Positions 16,349 through 25,841 of a stretch of 32,000 nucleotides of DNA are shown here, in pieces. Source of the stretch: Candidatus Electrothrix sp. GW3-4 (GTDB taxonomy: Bacteria; Desulfobacterota; Desulfobulbia; Desulfobulbales; Desulfobulbaceae); assembly GCF_037902255.1 (NCBI RefSeq), contig NZ_CP147990.1, forward strand, positions 4,260,001 through 4,292,000. Reading direction: 5' to 3'. The notes below the pieces were generated by a model. It was not told the DNA's origin, did not search any database, and worked only from the letters and a program-made list of their open reading frames with translations. The translations under genes were made by a program, and so were the position numbers. Position 1 is the first letter of the stretch; each line of letters begins with the position of its first letter.

Positions 16349-16461
16349 CCAAGGAGTTCCTTGAAAAATAAGCTCTGTTTTTGGTGGGGTCTGTCAGGAC
16401 AGACCTGCATCGCTGCCCCGATATGAAAGGGTGAAATATCTAGATTAGTTAATTGTGAAAA

Positions 16462-17235
16462 ATGCGTTTTCGTCCTTGTATTGACCTCCATAATGGTAAG
16501 GTGAAACAGATCGTTGGCTCCACATTGAGCGACGGCGATTCAGCAACCCTGCGAACCAATTTTTCCTCGCAATTTTCATCTGGCCATTACGCCCAGATGT
16601 ACCGACAGGATAACCTTCCTGGTGGACATGTGATCATGCTGGGGCCTGGCAATGAAGAGGCAGCCACCGAGGCCCTGCAGGTCTGGCCGGGCGGGTTGCA
16701 GATCGGTGGCGGAATAACGGCGGAAAACGCTGGGCTCTGGCTGGAGCGGGGGGCTTCCCATGTTATCATCACTTCCCATGTCTTTCATGATGGCCATCTT
16801 GATGCGGAACGACTGGAGAGGCTCTGTCAACTCATCGGTAAGGACCACTTAGTGCTTGATCTGAGTTGCCGCTGGAAGGATGATGGATATTATGTTGTGA
16901 CTGATCGCTGGCAGACGTTTACTGATTTGAAGATGAGTGCTAACCTGTTTGCTGAGCTGGAGAAAAGCTGCGATGAGTTTTTGATCCATGCTGTCGACGT
17001 GGAAGGGAAATGCATGGGCGTTGATGAACGGCTGCTTCAGCTCCTGGCAGCAGCAGAGATCAGTAATCCCATCACCTATGCAGGTGGGGTTACCAATCTG
17101 AACGACTTAAAACTTATTTGCAGGGCTGGGAAATCCAAGCTGGATGCCACTGTGGGGAGTGCCCTGGATATCTTTGGTGGCACAGGGTGTACCTACGAAG
17201 AGGTGGTGGCTTTTCATAGACATGTCGCCGAGTGA
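16462..17235 (+). CDS. hisA: Phosphoribosylformimino-AICAR-P isomerase, HisA (eukaryote/His6-type)
   Basis: 257 aa. MRFRPCIDLHNGKVKQIVG...GGLQIGGGIT...FLIHAVDVEGK...YAGGV are the (beta/alpha)8 HisA/His6 hallmarks. Confidence 0.85.
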   Translation: MRFRPCIDLHNGKVKQIVGSTLSDGDSATLRTNFSSQFSSGHYAQMYRQDNLPGGHVIMLGPGNEEAATEALQVWPGGLQIGGGITAENAGLWLERGASHVIITSHVFHDGHLDAERLERLCQLIGKDHLVLDLSCRWKDDGYYVVTDRWQTFTDLKMSANLFAELEKSCDEFLIHAVDVEGKCMGVDERLLQLLAAAEISNPITYAGGVTNLNDLKLICRAGKSKLDATVGSALDIFGGTGCTYEEVVAFHRHVAE

Positions 17236-17690
17236 CTTCTCTATTGTCTTGATCTGTCGTTGTTCGTGTTTGTTGGAGGCATTGAGGAGACGAAGTGAGC
17301 AATTATTGCTCCTGACGTAAAGAAGGAGCAATAATGCATCACGAAAAAGAAGGGATTGCTGACAGTGACAAAAATGCTTTTGCAACGGACTTGCCAATAG
17401 TTTTTACGCTTTTTTGTTGACAAATACAATCCATCTGTTTAAGTTCGCCAGCTAAATAAGATGATCTGATAAAAAGTCAGGAGTCAGCAAATCGCTCACG
17501 GCAACTCAATGAGTTACGGTGCGATTTTCTGTGAAAATTGGACTTTTTACGAAACCATCAAATACGTAATCAATAAGGTAAAGCGTTGTTGTTTTCCTGA
17601 AAAACACCTGCATACCTGTTGGATTTTCAGTAAGTTTGTACGTTTTTTACGTTTACCTTAATATTATAACATTCTTGAGGAGGAACACCG

Positions 17691-18971
17691 ATGGCAAAGC
17701 ATGATACGCCTTTGTTGGACGAACTGGAAAAAGGCCCTTGGCCAAGTTTCGTTACCGACATGAAGCGCCAGGCAGAGACCCACCCTGAATGCTGGGACAT
17801 TCTCGGTCAGCTGGAGCTTTCGTTCAAAGACAGAATTACACACTGGAAGCATGGCGGTATCGTTGGTGTTTTTGGATATGGCGGCGGTATTGTAGGACGT
17901 TACTCTGACGTTCCTGGTAAATTCCCCGGCGTTGAGCATTTTCATACCGTTCGTATCGCACAGCCTTCTGGTCTGTACTACTCCACCAAGAACCTGCGGG
18001 CTCTGATGGATCTGTGGGATAAGTACGGATCTGGTATGACCAATATGCATGGTTCTACCGGTGACATGATCTTCCTCGGTACCCGTACCGAAAACCTGGA
18101 GCCCCTGTTCTGGGACCTGACCCATGATCTGGATCAGGATCTTGGTGGTTCCGGCTCTAACCTGCGTACTCCCTCCTGCTGTCTGGGTGAGTCTCGTTGT
18201 GAGTGGTCCTGCTACGATGCGCAGGATGTTTGCTACCACCTGACTATGCATTACCAGGATGAGATCCATCGTCCTGCCTTCCCCTATAAGTTTAAATTTA
18301 AGTTCTCCGGTTGCCCGAACGACTGTGTTGCTTCTATCGCTCGTTCTGACTTTGCCGTCATCGGTACCTGGAAAGATGACATCCAGGTTGATCAGGCAGG
18401 TGTTAAAGAGTACATGGCTGGCAACTATCCGGCAAACGGTGGTGCTCATGCCGGTCGTGACTGGGGTGCCTTTGACATCCAGAAAGAGGTCATCGACATC
18501 TGCCCGACCGATTGTATGTGGATGGAAGGCGATGAGCTGAAGATTGACAACTCCGAGTGTACCCGTTGTATGCACTGCATCAACGTTATGCCTCGCGCTC
18601 TGAAACCGGGTAAAGAGAAAGGCGCAACCATCTGCATCGGTGCTAAGGCTCCGATCCTGGACGGTGCCCAGTTCGCTACCATGGTCATCCCCTTTATCGA
18701 AGTCTCCAAAGACAACGAGTACGAGAATCTGATCGACGTTATTGAGCAGGTTTGGGACTGGTGGATGGAAGTTGGTAAGAACCGTGAGCGTGTTGGTGAG
18801 ACCATGCAGCGTATCGGCCTGCCCACCTTCCTGCGCGTTATGGAAGTTGATGCTATGCCGCAGCATGTGAAAGAGCCGCGTTCTAACCCCTATGTCTTCT
18901 GGAAGGAAGAGGAAGTTGAAGGCGGATTTGAGCGTGACGTTGAAGAGTTCCGTAGGAAGCATGCAGCGTAA
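17691..18971 (+). CDS. dsrA: Dissimilatory sulfite reductase alpha subunit
   Basis: 426 aa. The N-terminus [25 protein letters not shown] is typical of DsrA, with siroheme/FeS Cys clusters ([12 protein letters not shown]; CPNDC; CTRCMHC). A strong RBS GAGGAGG is present, and dsrB follows. Confidence 0.95.
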   Translation: MAKHDTPLLDELEKGPWPSFVTDMKRQAETHPECWDILGQLELSFKDRITHWKHGGIVGVFGYGGGIVGRYSDVPGKFPGVEHFHTVRIAQPSGLYYSTKNLRALMDLWDKYGSGMTNMHGSTGDMIFLGTRTENLEPLFWDLTHDLDQDLGGSGSNLRTPSCCLGESRCEWSCYDAQDVCYHLTMHYQDEIHRPAFPYKFKFKFSGCPNDCVASIARSDFAVIGTWKDDIQVDQAGVKEYMAGNYPANGGAHAGRDWGAFDIQKEVIDICPTDCMWMEGDELKIDNSECTRCMHCINVMPRALKPGKEKGATICIGAKAPILDGAQFATMVIPFIEVSKDNEYENLIDVIEQVWDWWMEVGKNRERVGETMQRIGLPTFLRVMEVDAMPQHVKEPRSNPYVFWKEEEVEGGFERDVEEFRRKHAA

Positions 18972-19029
18972 GTCGTTGGCCGATTTTGCTTAAAATTTGA
19001 AATATATAACTATATAAGGAGATTGTGCA

Positions 19030-20169
19030 ATGGGTTACGATCCAGCTAATCCCATGGAAGGTCGGATCACCGACTTGGGACCTCGTTCATATACGGAAAT
19101 GCTGCCGCCGGTTATCGCGGCTAATAAAGGAAAATGGGACTACCACGAGATTATTGCTCCCGGTATCCTCCTGCATGTAGGTGAGAGCGGAGATGAGTGC
19201 TACACCGTACGTGTTGGTTCTCCCCGTCTGGTTTCCATCGAATACATCCGTGAGCTGTGTGATATCGCAGATAAGTACTGCGAAGGCTACCTGCGTTTCA
19301 CCACCAGAAATAACGTGGAGTTCATGACTGACTCCAAAGAGAAATGCGATGCCTTGGTTGAAGATCTGAAAGGTCGCGACACCAATCTGCCTGTCGGTGG
19401 TACCGGTGCCTGTGTCACCAATATCGTGCATACTCAGGGTTGGGTTCACTGCCATACCCCGGCTACCGATGCTTCTGGTCCGGTTAAAGCAGTAATGGAT
19501 GACCTGTTTGAGTACTTTGGTTCCATGACCCTGCCTGCGCAGGTGCGTATTGCTTTGGCTTGCTGCCTGAACATGTGTGGTGCTGTTCATGCCTCTGATA
19601 TCGCTATCCTCGGTGTGCATCGTAAGCCGCCGATGATTGATCACGCTCGTATCACCGGTGTTTGTGAGCTGCCTTTGGCTATCTCTGCTTGTCCGCTGGG
19701 TGCTGTAAAGCCAGCTAAGGCAGAGGTCAACGGTGAAGAGATCAAGACCGTTAAGGTCAACGCTGATCGTTGTATGTTCTGCGGTAACTGCTACACCATG
19801 TGTCCGGCTATGCCGCTGGCTGACCCGGAAGGTGACGGTATCGCGATTCTGGTTGGTGGTAAGGTTTCTAATGCCAAGTCTGCTCCGAAATTCTCTAAGC
19901 TGGTTATTCCCTTCCTGCCCAACACCCCGCCGCGTTGGCTGGAGACTGTTGAGGCCGTTCGCAAGATCGTTGAGGTTTACGCTAAGGATGCCAAGAAGTA
20001 CGAGCGCATCGGCGAGTGGGCTGAGCGTATCGGTTGGGAGAAGTTCTTTGAGAAATGTGAGATTCCGTTCACCGATAAGTCCATTGACGATTACCGTCTG
20101 GCTTACGATACATGGCGGACAACCACCCAGTTCAAGTACACCAACGCGACAGACGCTTACACCAAGTAA
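19030..20169 (+). CDS. dsrB: Dissimilatory sulfite reductase beta subunit
   Basis: 379 aa. It has a ferredoxin-like insert [12 protein letters not shown], a siroheme-binding Cys pattern (CHTPATD...[10 protein letters not shown]) and an RBS AAGGAG. Confidence 0.95.
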   Translation: MGYDPANPMEGRITDLGPRSYTEMLPPVIAANKGKWDYHEIIAPGILLHVGESGDECYTVRVGSPRLVSIEYIRELCDIADKYCEGYLRFTTRNNVEFMTDSKEKCDALVEDLKGRDTNLPVGGTGACVTNIVHTQGWVHCHTPATDASGPVKAVMDDLFEYFGSMTLPAQVRIALACCLNMCGAVHASDIAILGVHRKPPMIDHARITGVCELPLAISACPLGAVKPAKAEVNGEEIKTVKVNADRCMFCGNCYTMCPAMPLADPEGDGIAILVGGKVSNAKSAPKFSKLVIPFLPNTPPRWLETVEAVRKIVEVYAKDAKKYERIGEWAERIGWEKFFEKCEIPFTDKSIDDYRLAYDTWRTTTQFKYTNATDAYTK

Positions 20170-20192
20170 GGATCTTCTGCGTGATCAATTTC

Positions 20193-20224
20193 ACCCGGCT
20201 CTGATTTTTTGGGCCGGGTTTTTA
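20193..20224 (+). terminator. Weak intrinsic terminator or attenuator between dsrB and dsrD
   Basis: A 7-bp stem, ACCCGGC (20193-20199) / GCCGGGT (20213-20219), with a 13-nt loop, followed by TTTTTA. Confidence 0.4.
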
Positions 20225-20250
20225 TCAACTCAGCCAAAGAGGTACACATC

Positions 20251-20496
20251 ATGGCAATGAGTGTTGAAGAAGTAGAAGCTGCGATGATCGACAAGGCGAC
20301 CAAGTCACCCAAGCCCCAGCTGTACGTGAAGGATTTCTACAAATGTGATCCTGATCGTAAACCGCGTGAGATCAAAAAGATCGCCAATGCATTGGTAACC
20401 AAGGGCGAGCTGATGTTCTGGTCCTCTGGATCCACCACCATGTATGCGCGTCCAGACCGTATTAAAAATGAAGAGGGGAGTGAAGGGATTAACTAA
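20251..20496 (+). CDS. dsrD: DsrD, small winged-helix partner of DsrAB
   Basis: 81 aa from the ATG at 20251 (RBS AGAGG); the track ORF starts further upstream at 20209. It has the conserved Lys-rich segment and FWSSGSTTMY, and lies immediately after dsrAB. Confidence 0.85.
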   Translation: MAMSVEEVEAAMIDKATKSPKPQLYVKDFYKCDPDRKPREIKKIANALVTKGELMFWSSGSTTMYARPDRIKNEEGSEGIN

Positions 20497-20527
20497 TCCT
20501 TTTCCTTCTTGATTTGTTGCTGTATAA

Positions 20528-20561
20528 AGCAAAGGCCACCTTGGTCTTTGCTTTTTTTTTT
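20528..20561 (+). terminator. Rho-independent terminator of the dsr operon
   Basis: Stem AGCAAAGGCC (20528-20537) / GGTCTTTGCT (20543-20552) with a 5-nt loop, followed by a run of about 10 T. Confidence 0.8.
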
Positions 20562-20844
20562 CTATCTGTTTTTCCCTGTTGCTCCTGATAATCCAGGAAA
20601 GAGCATGGATGCGCCCCTTGTTTTTGTTATCTCAGGTGATTTTTATGACAGAAATGGACGCTATTCTTTTTTTTACAGCTTGTTGCCAGCAGCGGATGTG
20701 CTCAGCCCTCTGGAGGAAGTAATTTTCTGTTGCAAATTCCTTTGATGCCCACTAAAAGGTGAATACAAAGAATAATCATATAAAATATCCAGCTCACCTT
20801 TAGGGTGGGACAAGAAAATCTTTTCATATAAAGAAAGAGAGAAG

Positions 20845-21405
20845 ATGAGTTTCAGGAAAACGTTACAAGCCTGTCAATGCTGTCTCTATGTCATTGATCC
20901 ACAGGAAAGGCTGATGGCCCATATTCATGAAAGCCGACGAGTGATCAGGAATATGGAGTTGATGATCCGTCTTGCCGATACCCTAGACTTTCCCGTGATC
21001 GCCAATACGCAGTATAAGAAAGGAATCGGTCCTCTTGTGGAAGAGCTTGTCCCGCTGCTTGCCGATTGGCCCTGCATCGATAAAACAGAGTTTAACGGCT
21101 TAGATAATGCTGGGGTGCGATGTATGCTCGGCAAGTTGCCCTCAACGGTTGATACCCTCCTGCTCTGTGGGGTGGAGAGCCATATCTGTGTTTACCAGAC
21201 AGCTATGGGGGCCATGCGGGCTGGTTATGATGTTCGAGTGGTTGCAGATGCGATCTCTTCCCGTACCCCTGAAAATGATGTCTACGGGAGAGAGCGTCTT
21301 CGGGAGATTGGTGCGACCGTGGCCCCGGCGGAAATGATTATTTATGAACTCTTGCAAAAAGCCGGAACGCCAGCTTTCAAAGCCATGCTTCCCTACCTGA
21401 AATAA
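20845..21405 (+). CDS. Isochorismatase-family cysteine hydrolase
   Basis: 186 aa. It has CLYVIDPQE (Asp), a mid-protein Lys, and LLLCGVESHICVYQTA (catalytic Cys context), typical of the family. Confidence 0.8.
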   Translation: MSFRKTLQACQCCLYVIDPQERLMAHIHESRRVIRNMELMIRLADTLDFPVIANTQYKKGIGPLVEELVPLLADWPCIDKTEFNGLDNAGVRCMLGKLPSTVDTLLLCGVESHICVYQTAMGAMRAGYDVRVVADAISSRTPENDVYGRERLREIGATVAPAEMIIYELLQKAGTPAFKAMLPYLK

Positions 21406-21470
21406 GCCTTCAGGTACTCTCCTGCTTTCCTGGTTTTTCAACACCTTAAACGATTTATACAACCAACGTA

Positions 21471-24128
21471 ATGACCGGTAACGAAATACGATCAAAATTT
21501 CTTCAGTATTTTAAAAGTAAAGGGCATACCGTTGTTGAGTCATCATCCCTTGTCCCCCATGATGACCCGACCCTTTTGTTCACCAATGCGGGTATGTTTC
21601 AATTTAAACGAATATTTATGGGGGAAGAGCACCGGGAATATACCAGAGCCGTTTCCTGCCAACGCTGCGTGCGGGCCGGAGGCAAGCATAATGATCTGGA
21701 AAATGTCGGTTACACGGCCCGCCATCATACCTTCTTCGAGATGCTCGGCAATTTTTCTTTTGGTGATTATTTTAAGAAAGAAGCTATTGATTATGCCTGG
21801 GAGTTTCTGACCAAGGAACTAGGGCTCAATCCCGAGCAGCTCTGGGTTTCCGTTTTTCGTGAGGATGATGAGGCCTATGCACTCTGGGAGCAGATAGAAG
21901 ACCTGCCCCTGGGGCGCATTGTTCGTCTTGGTGAGGTGGATAATTTTTGGGCAATGGGGGATACCGGTCCCTGCGGCCCCTGTTCTGAGATCCATATTGA
22001 TCAAGGCCCGGAACATGGCTGTGGCCGTCCTGACTGCGCAGTGGGGTGCGACTGCGATCGTTTTTTGGAGCTGTGGAACCTGGTCTTTATGCAGTTCTAT
22101 CGTGAAAGCGACGGTACCATGACCCCTCTACCCAAACCCTCCATTGATACCGGTATGGGGGTAGAGCGGGTCGCGGCGGTCCTGCAGGGAAAATATAATA
22201 ATTTTGATTGCGATCTCTTTACCCCGCTCATCGAGACCATTGTCCAGCTTTCCGGCAGGGCGTATAACGATAATGCGGCTGATGATGCGGCCATGCGGGT
22301 TATTGCCGACCATGCCCGGGCCACCGCCTTTCTGGTGGCGGACGGGGTGTTGCCCTCCAATGAGGGAAGGGGCTACGTCCTCCGACGCGTTATGCGCCGG
22401 GCCATCCGCTACGGCAGGACCTTAGGGCTGACCGAGGCCTTTTTCGGTGGCATCTGTCGTCAGGTGATTGACTTGATGAAAGATGCCTATCCTCATCTTG
22501 TTGATTCCCGAGAGTTGCTGGATAAGGTGACTGATCATGAGGAGACCCGCTTTGGTGAGACCCTGGATCATGGTCTGGCCATGCTGGATGAGGAAATTGA
22601 CCGTCTGCTGGCAGAGAAACAGGATAAGCCAGTCATCAATGGTGAATTTATCTTTAAGCTCTATGACACCTATGGCTTTCCCAAGGACATCGTCCGTGAC
22701 GTGGCCCTGGAAAAGGGCATCTCGCTTGATGATGCCGGGTTTGAAGCGGCTATGGAGCGCCAGCGGGAACAGTCCAAGCGTTCCTGGAAGGGAAAGGATG
22801 TCGACCATTTCTCTGCTGGTCTGATAGCGTTGTTGGAGCAGGGCAAAACTACCGAGTTCCTTGGCTACTCGACAACCTCAGCCGAATCAGTGGTGGAAGG
22901 AATCATTGATGCCCAGGGGAATTTGGTTCAGGAGGCCAGCGCAGGCGCTGAAGTGCAGCTCTATTGCCCCCAGACCCCTTTTTATGCCGAGTCAGGAGGT
23001 CAAATGGGTGACCGTGGCTTTATTAGTTGGGAAGGCGGTTCTTTTACAGTTCAGGAGACCAAGGCTGCTGCCGAGGGCTTGGTTATGCATTCTGGAACAA
23101 TCAGCGAGGGAACCTTGACAAGCGGACAGCAGGTCAGCTTGGAGGTGGATGAGCGACGCACGGCCACGGCCCTCAACCACACCGCCACCCATCTCCTCCA
23201 AGCGGCCATGAAGGAAATTCTCGGCGACCATGTCAAGCAGGCAGGTTCTCTGGTGCGGGCTGATCGGTTGCGTTTTGACTTCACTCATTTTTCACCGGTG
23301 ACGCCAGAGGAGATCCGGACCATTGAACAGCTGGTGAATCGGGAAATCCGAAGAAACACCCCGGTGAAGACCGAGTTGCTCACCAAAGAGGCTGCCATTG
23401 CCGAAGGGGCGACGGCCCTGTTCGGGGAGAAATATGGCGCAGAGGTCCGAGTGGTCAGTATCCCGGATTTTTCTAAGGAGCTCTGTGGCGGAACCCACAC
23501 CAGCGCTACCGGCAATATTGGCCTGTTTAAGATCATCGCAGAGAGCGGCATTGCTGCCGGGGTGCGCCGTATTGAGGCCGTGACCGGGCAGGTTGCGGTG
23601 GAATGGCTCCAGCACTTGGCGGAGCAGGCAGACGCCCTTGGCCAGCTTCTCTCTGGTTCTTTTGACGATGCCCAGGCCAAGGTGAAGGGCATGTTGCAAC
23701 GGCAAAAGGAGCTGGAAAAAGAGATTGCCGCCCTGAACGCCTCCAAGGCCCTGGGCGGTCTTGACGAGCTGCTGGCTGGAGCTGTGGATGTCGACGGGGT
23801 CCAGCTGATTCATGGTCAGTTGCCCCTGGATTCGCCAAAGACCTTGCGAGAGATCGGTGATAAGGTCAGGGATAAGATGACCAGTGGGGTTGCGGTGCTG
23901 GGGGGTGAGTTTGGCGGCAAGGCAGCTCTGTTGGCCCTGGTGAGCAAGGACTTGACTGGCAGGATCAAGGCCGGACAACTGGTCAAAGAGGTTGCTGCCC
24001 TTGTTGGTGGCAAAGGTGGGGGAAGGCCTGATATGGCCCAGGCTGGCGGTCCTATGGCGGATAAACTCCCAGAGGCCATGCAGGCGGTTCCTGGCTTAGT
24101 ACGCAGCCTGTTAGGGGGAGGAGAGTGA
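21471..24128 (+). CDS. alaS: Alanine--tRNA ligase
   Basis: 885 aa. It has the class II core FTNAGM...RCVRAGGKHNDLENVG, editing-domain HTATHLL...CGGTH motifs and a C-terminal DHHA1-like GGKGGGRPDMAQAGG. Confidence 0.97.
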   Translation: MTGNEIRSKFLQYFKSKGHTVVESSSLVPHDDPTLLFTNAGMFQFKRIFMGEEHREYTRAVSCQRCVRAGGKHNDLENVGYTARHHTFFEMLGNFSFGDYFKKEAIDYAWEFLTKELGLNPEQLWVSVFREDDEAYALWEQIEDLPLGRIVRLGEVDNFWAMGDTGPCGPCSEIHIDQGPEHGCGRPDCAVGCDCDRFLELWNLVFMQFYRESDGTMTPLPKPSIDTGMGVERVAAVLQGKYNNFDCDLFTPLIETIVQLSGRAYNDNAADDAAMRVIADHARATAFLVADGVLPSNEGRGYVLRRVMRRAIRYGRTLGLTEAFFGGICRQVIDLMKDAYPHLVDSRELLDKVTDHEETRFGETLDHGLAMLDEEIDRLLAEKQDKPVINGEFIFKLYDTYGFPKDIVRDVALEKGISLDDAGFEAAMERQREQSKRSWKGKDVDHFSAGLIALLEQGKTTEFLGYSTTSAESVVEGIIDAQGNLVQEASAGAEVQLYCPQTPFYAESGGQMGDRGFISWEGGSFTVQETKAAAEGLVMHSGTISEGTLTSGQQVSLEVDERRTATALNHTATHLLQAAMKEILGDHVKQAGSLVRADRLRFDFTHFSPVTPEEIRTIEQLVNREIRRNTPVKTELLTKEAAIAEGATALFGEKYGAEVRVVSIPDFSKELCGGTHTSATGNIGLFKIIAESGIAAGVRRIEAVTGQVAVEWLQHLAEQADALGQLLSGSFDDAQAKVKGMLQRQKELEKEIAALNASKALGGLDELLAGAVDVDGVQLIHGQLPLDSPKTLREIGDKVRDKMTSGVAVLGGEFGGKAALLALVSKDLTGRIKAGQLVKEVAALVGGKGGGRPDMAQAGGPMADKLPEAMQAVPGLVRSLLGGGE

Positions 24129-25387
24129 TGAGTGATGTCTCTTTGCCAGATGCCCAGCGCATCGTCATAACCGGGGTGGGCCTGACCGCACCCGGAGGCG
24201 CCAATACCCTGGCAGCTTTTCGTGAGCAGGTCCTTGCAGGTCGGAGTGGGATCTCTACCATTGATCTGCGTTATATGGACACTTATCCTGCCGGGATCTG
24301 TGCGTTCCCGGAAACAAAGTATCGCAAAAAAAAGGAAAATAAGCGGGGAACCCGGGCAGGCTGTATTGGGGTCTACTGCGCTGGCGAGGCCTTGGCTGAT
24401 GCTGGCATAGATTTTTCTGAATATGAGCAGAGCCGCACCGGGGTCTATATGGGCCTGACTGAGCACGGTACTGTGGAAACGGAGAATGAGGTCTATAATA
24501 TCAGTAAGTTTGACTATAATGTCGATTACTGGACCCATCATCATAACCCACGCACCGTCCTTAATAACCCGGCGGGTGAAATCACCATGAAGTTCGGCAT
24601 CACCGGCCCGCATTACTCGGTTGGGGCTGCCTGTGCCGCTGGCAATGCCGCCTTGATCCAAGGGAGCCAGATGCTTCGTCTCGGCGAGGTTGATTTTGCC
24701 CTCTGCGGCGGGCTCTCCGAGTGCGTTGGCTCTTTTGGGATTTTTGCCAGCTTTCGAGCGCAGGGGGCCTTAGCTGAGCATGAAGACCCTGCTAAAGCCA
24801 GTCGGCCCCTGGATCAGGACAGAAACGGGATCGTTATCTCCGAAGGCGGCTGTGTCTTCACCCTGGAGCGGTTGGATAATGCCCTTGCCCGGGGAGCAAA
24901 GATCTACGGGGAAGTTGCTGGCTATGCCATGAACTCCGATGCCCGTGATTTTGTCCTGCCCTATGGTCCGCGTCAGGCCGAGTGTATCCGCCTGGCCCTT
25001 GAGCGAGCTGGCTTGGGCCCGGAGGATATCAGTATTATCAACACCCATGCCACCGGCACCCGGCAGGGCGACGTGGAGGAGTGTAAGGCCATTGCTGAGG
25101 TCTTTGCTGGCTGTTCTGCTGTCAGGAGCAATAACACCAAGTCCATCATCGGGCACGCTATGGGCGCAGCCGGTGTCTTGGAATTGGCTGCCAACCTCTC
25201 TGCTTTTGAAGATAACCTTGTTCACCCGACCATTAATCTGGATAATCCAGATCCAGCCTGTGTCCTGCCGGGATTGGTGGCCGGAAAGGCCGAAAAGGTA
25301 GAACAGGTGAAGACGATTCTTAATAATTCTTTCGGCATGGTAGGGATAAATTCAGTTGTCATTATCAAGAGATTTATGGCAGACTAA
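24128..25387 (+). CDS. Beta-ketoacyl-ACP synthase (KAS I/II, FabF-like)
   Basis: It has the active-site Cys in VGAACAAGNAAL and His residues in NTHATGT and GHAMGAAG. The ATG at 24128 overlaps the alaS TGA (gTGATG) with a GGAGGAG RBS; the track ORF begins at the GTG at 24125. Confidence 0.9.
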   Translation: MSDVSLPDAQRIVITGVGLTAPGGANTLAAFREQVLAGRSGISTIDLRYMDTYPAGICAFPETKYRKKKENKRGTRAGCIGVYCAGEALADAGIDFSEYEQSRTGVYMGLTEHGTVETENEVYNISKFDYNVDYWTHHHNPRTVLNNPAGEITMKFGITGPHYSVGAACAAGNAALIQGSQMLRLGEVDFALCGGLSECVGSFGIFASFRAQGALAEHEDPAKASRPLDQDRNGIVISEGGCVFTLERLDNALARGAKIYGEVAGYAMNSDARDFVLPYGPRQAECIRLALERAGLGPEDISIINTHATGTRQGDVEECKAIAEVFAGCSAVRSNNTKSIIGHAMGAAGVLELAANLSAFEDNLVHPTINLDNPDPACVLPGLVAGKAEKVEQVKTILNNSFGMVGINSVVIIKRFMAD

Positions 25388-25504
25388 AGGTTTTTATGGT
25401 ACTGTTATTCCCTTTTGCCAAAAAAGTCTGGCAGATACTGTCAGCAGAAAGGGTTGAAAGAAGAGTGAACGAATATTAAAGAGTATTTATATTGAGGAAC
25501 CGGC

Positions 25505-25756
25505 ATGACCCGTGATGAAATCAAGGATATCATCCTTGAAATTATTGAAGATATAGATGAGGATGCAGATTTTGATGATTTGGATGCGGATCAGCCTCTC
25601 CGAGATCAATTAGACCTTGATTCTATGGATTTTCTTGATATTGTGATGGAGCTGCGGAAACGCTATAAGTTGCAGATCCCGGAGGAGGATTATCCAGAGC
25701 TCGCCACCTTGACCAGCTGCGTCAACTACCTAGAGCCGAAACTGCAAGATGTTTGA
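25505..25756 (+). CDS. Acyl carrier protein (dedicated, non-AcpP-like)
   Basis: 83 aa and acidic, with the phosphopantetheine-site context LDLDSMDFLDIVMEL. Confidence 0.8.
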   Translation: MTRDEIKDIILEIIEDIDEDADFDDLDADQPLRDQLDLDSMDFLDIVMELRKRYKLQIPEEDYPELATLTSCVNYLEPKLQDV

Positions 25757-25841
25757 TCGAGCAAAACATTCCGTTGCAGAGTAAGCGGGGAGGGCGGTTT
25801 CATAACAACGCATAATACATCTTTCTGCCCGCATTTCCATT

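Noticed and set aside
16388-16405. Palindrome GGTCTGTCagGACAGACC upstream of hisA
   Set aside because: It is a short isolated palindrome with no adjacent promoter or T-tract, and I could not assign a function.
17664-18962. 432-aa minus-strand ORF
   Set aside because: It is exactly antisense to dsrA, whose identity on the plus strand is unambiguous. The translation is low-complexity (rich in T, G, V, L) with no motifs and no RBS. It is a typical shadow ORF.
20509-20745. 78-aa plus-strand ORF after dsrD
   Set aside because: It begins inside the dsr terminator hairpin and T-tract, has no RBS, and encodes a Phe/Leu-rich low-complexity sequence.
23292-24661. Several long minus-strand ORFs (228, 153, 101 and 281 aa) across the alaS 3' end and the KAS 5' end
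   Set aside because: This region is GC-rich, so stop codons are rare in the antisense frames. The translations are rich in Pro, Arg, Gly and Ser. The sense-strand genes alaS and KAS are certain.
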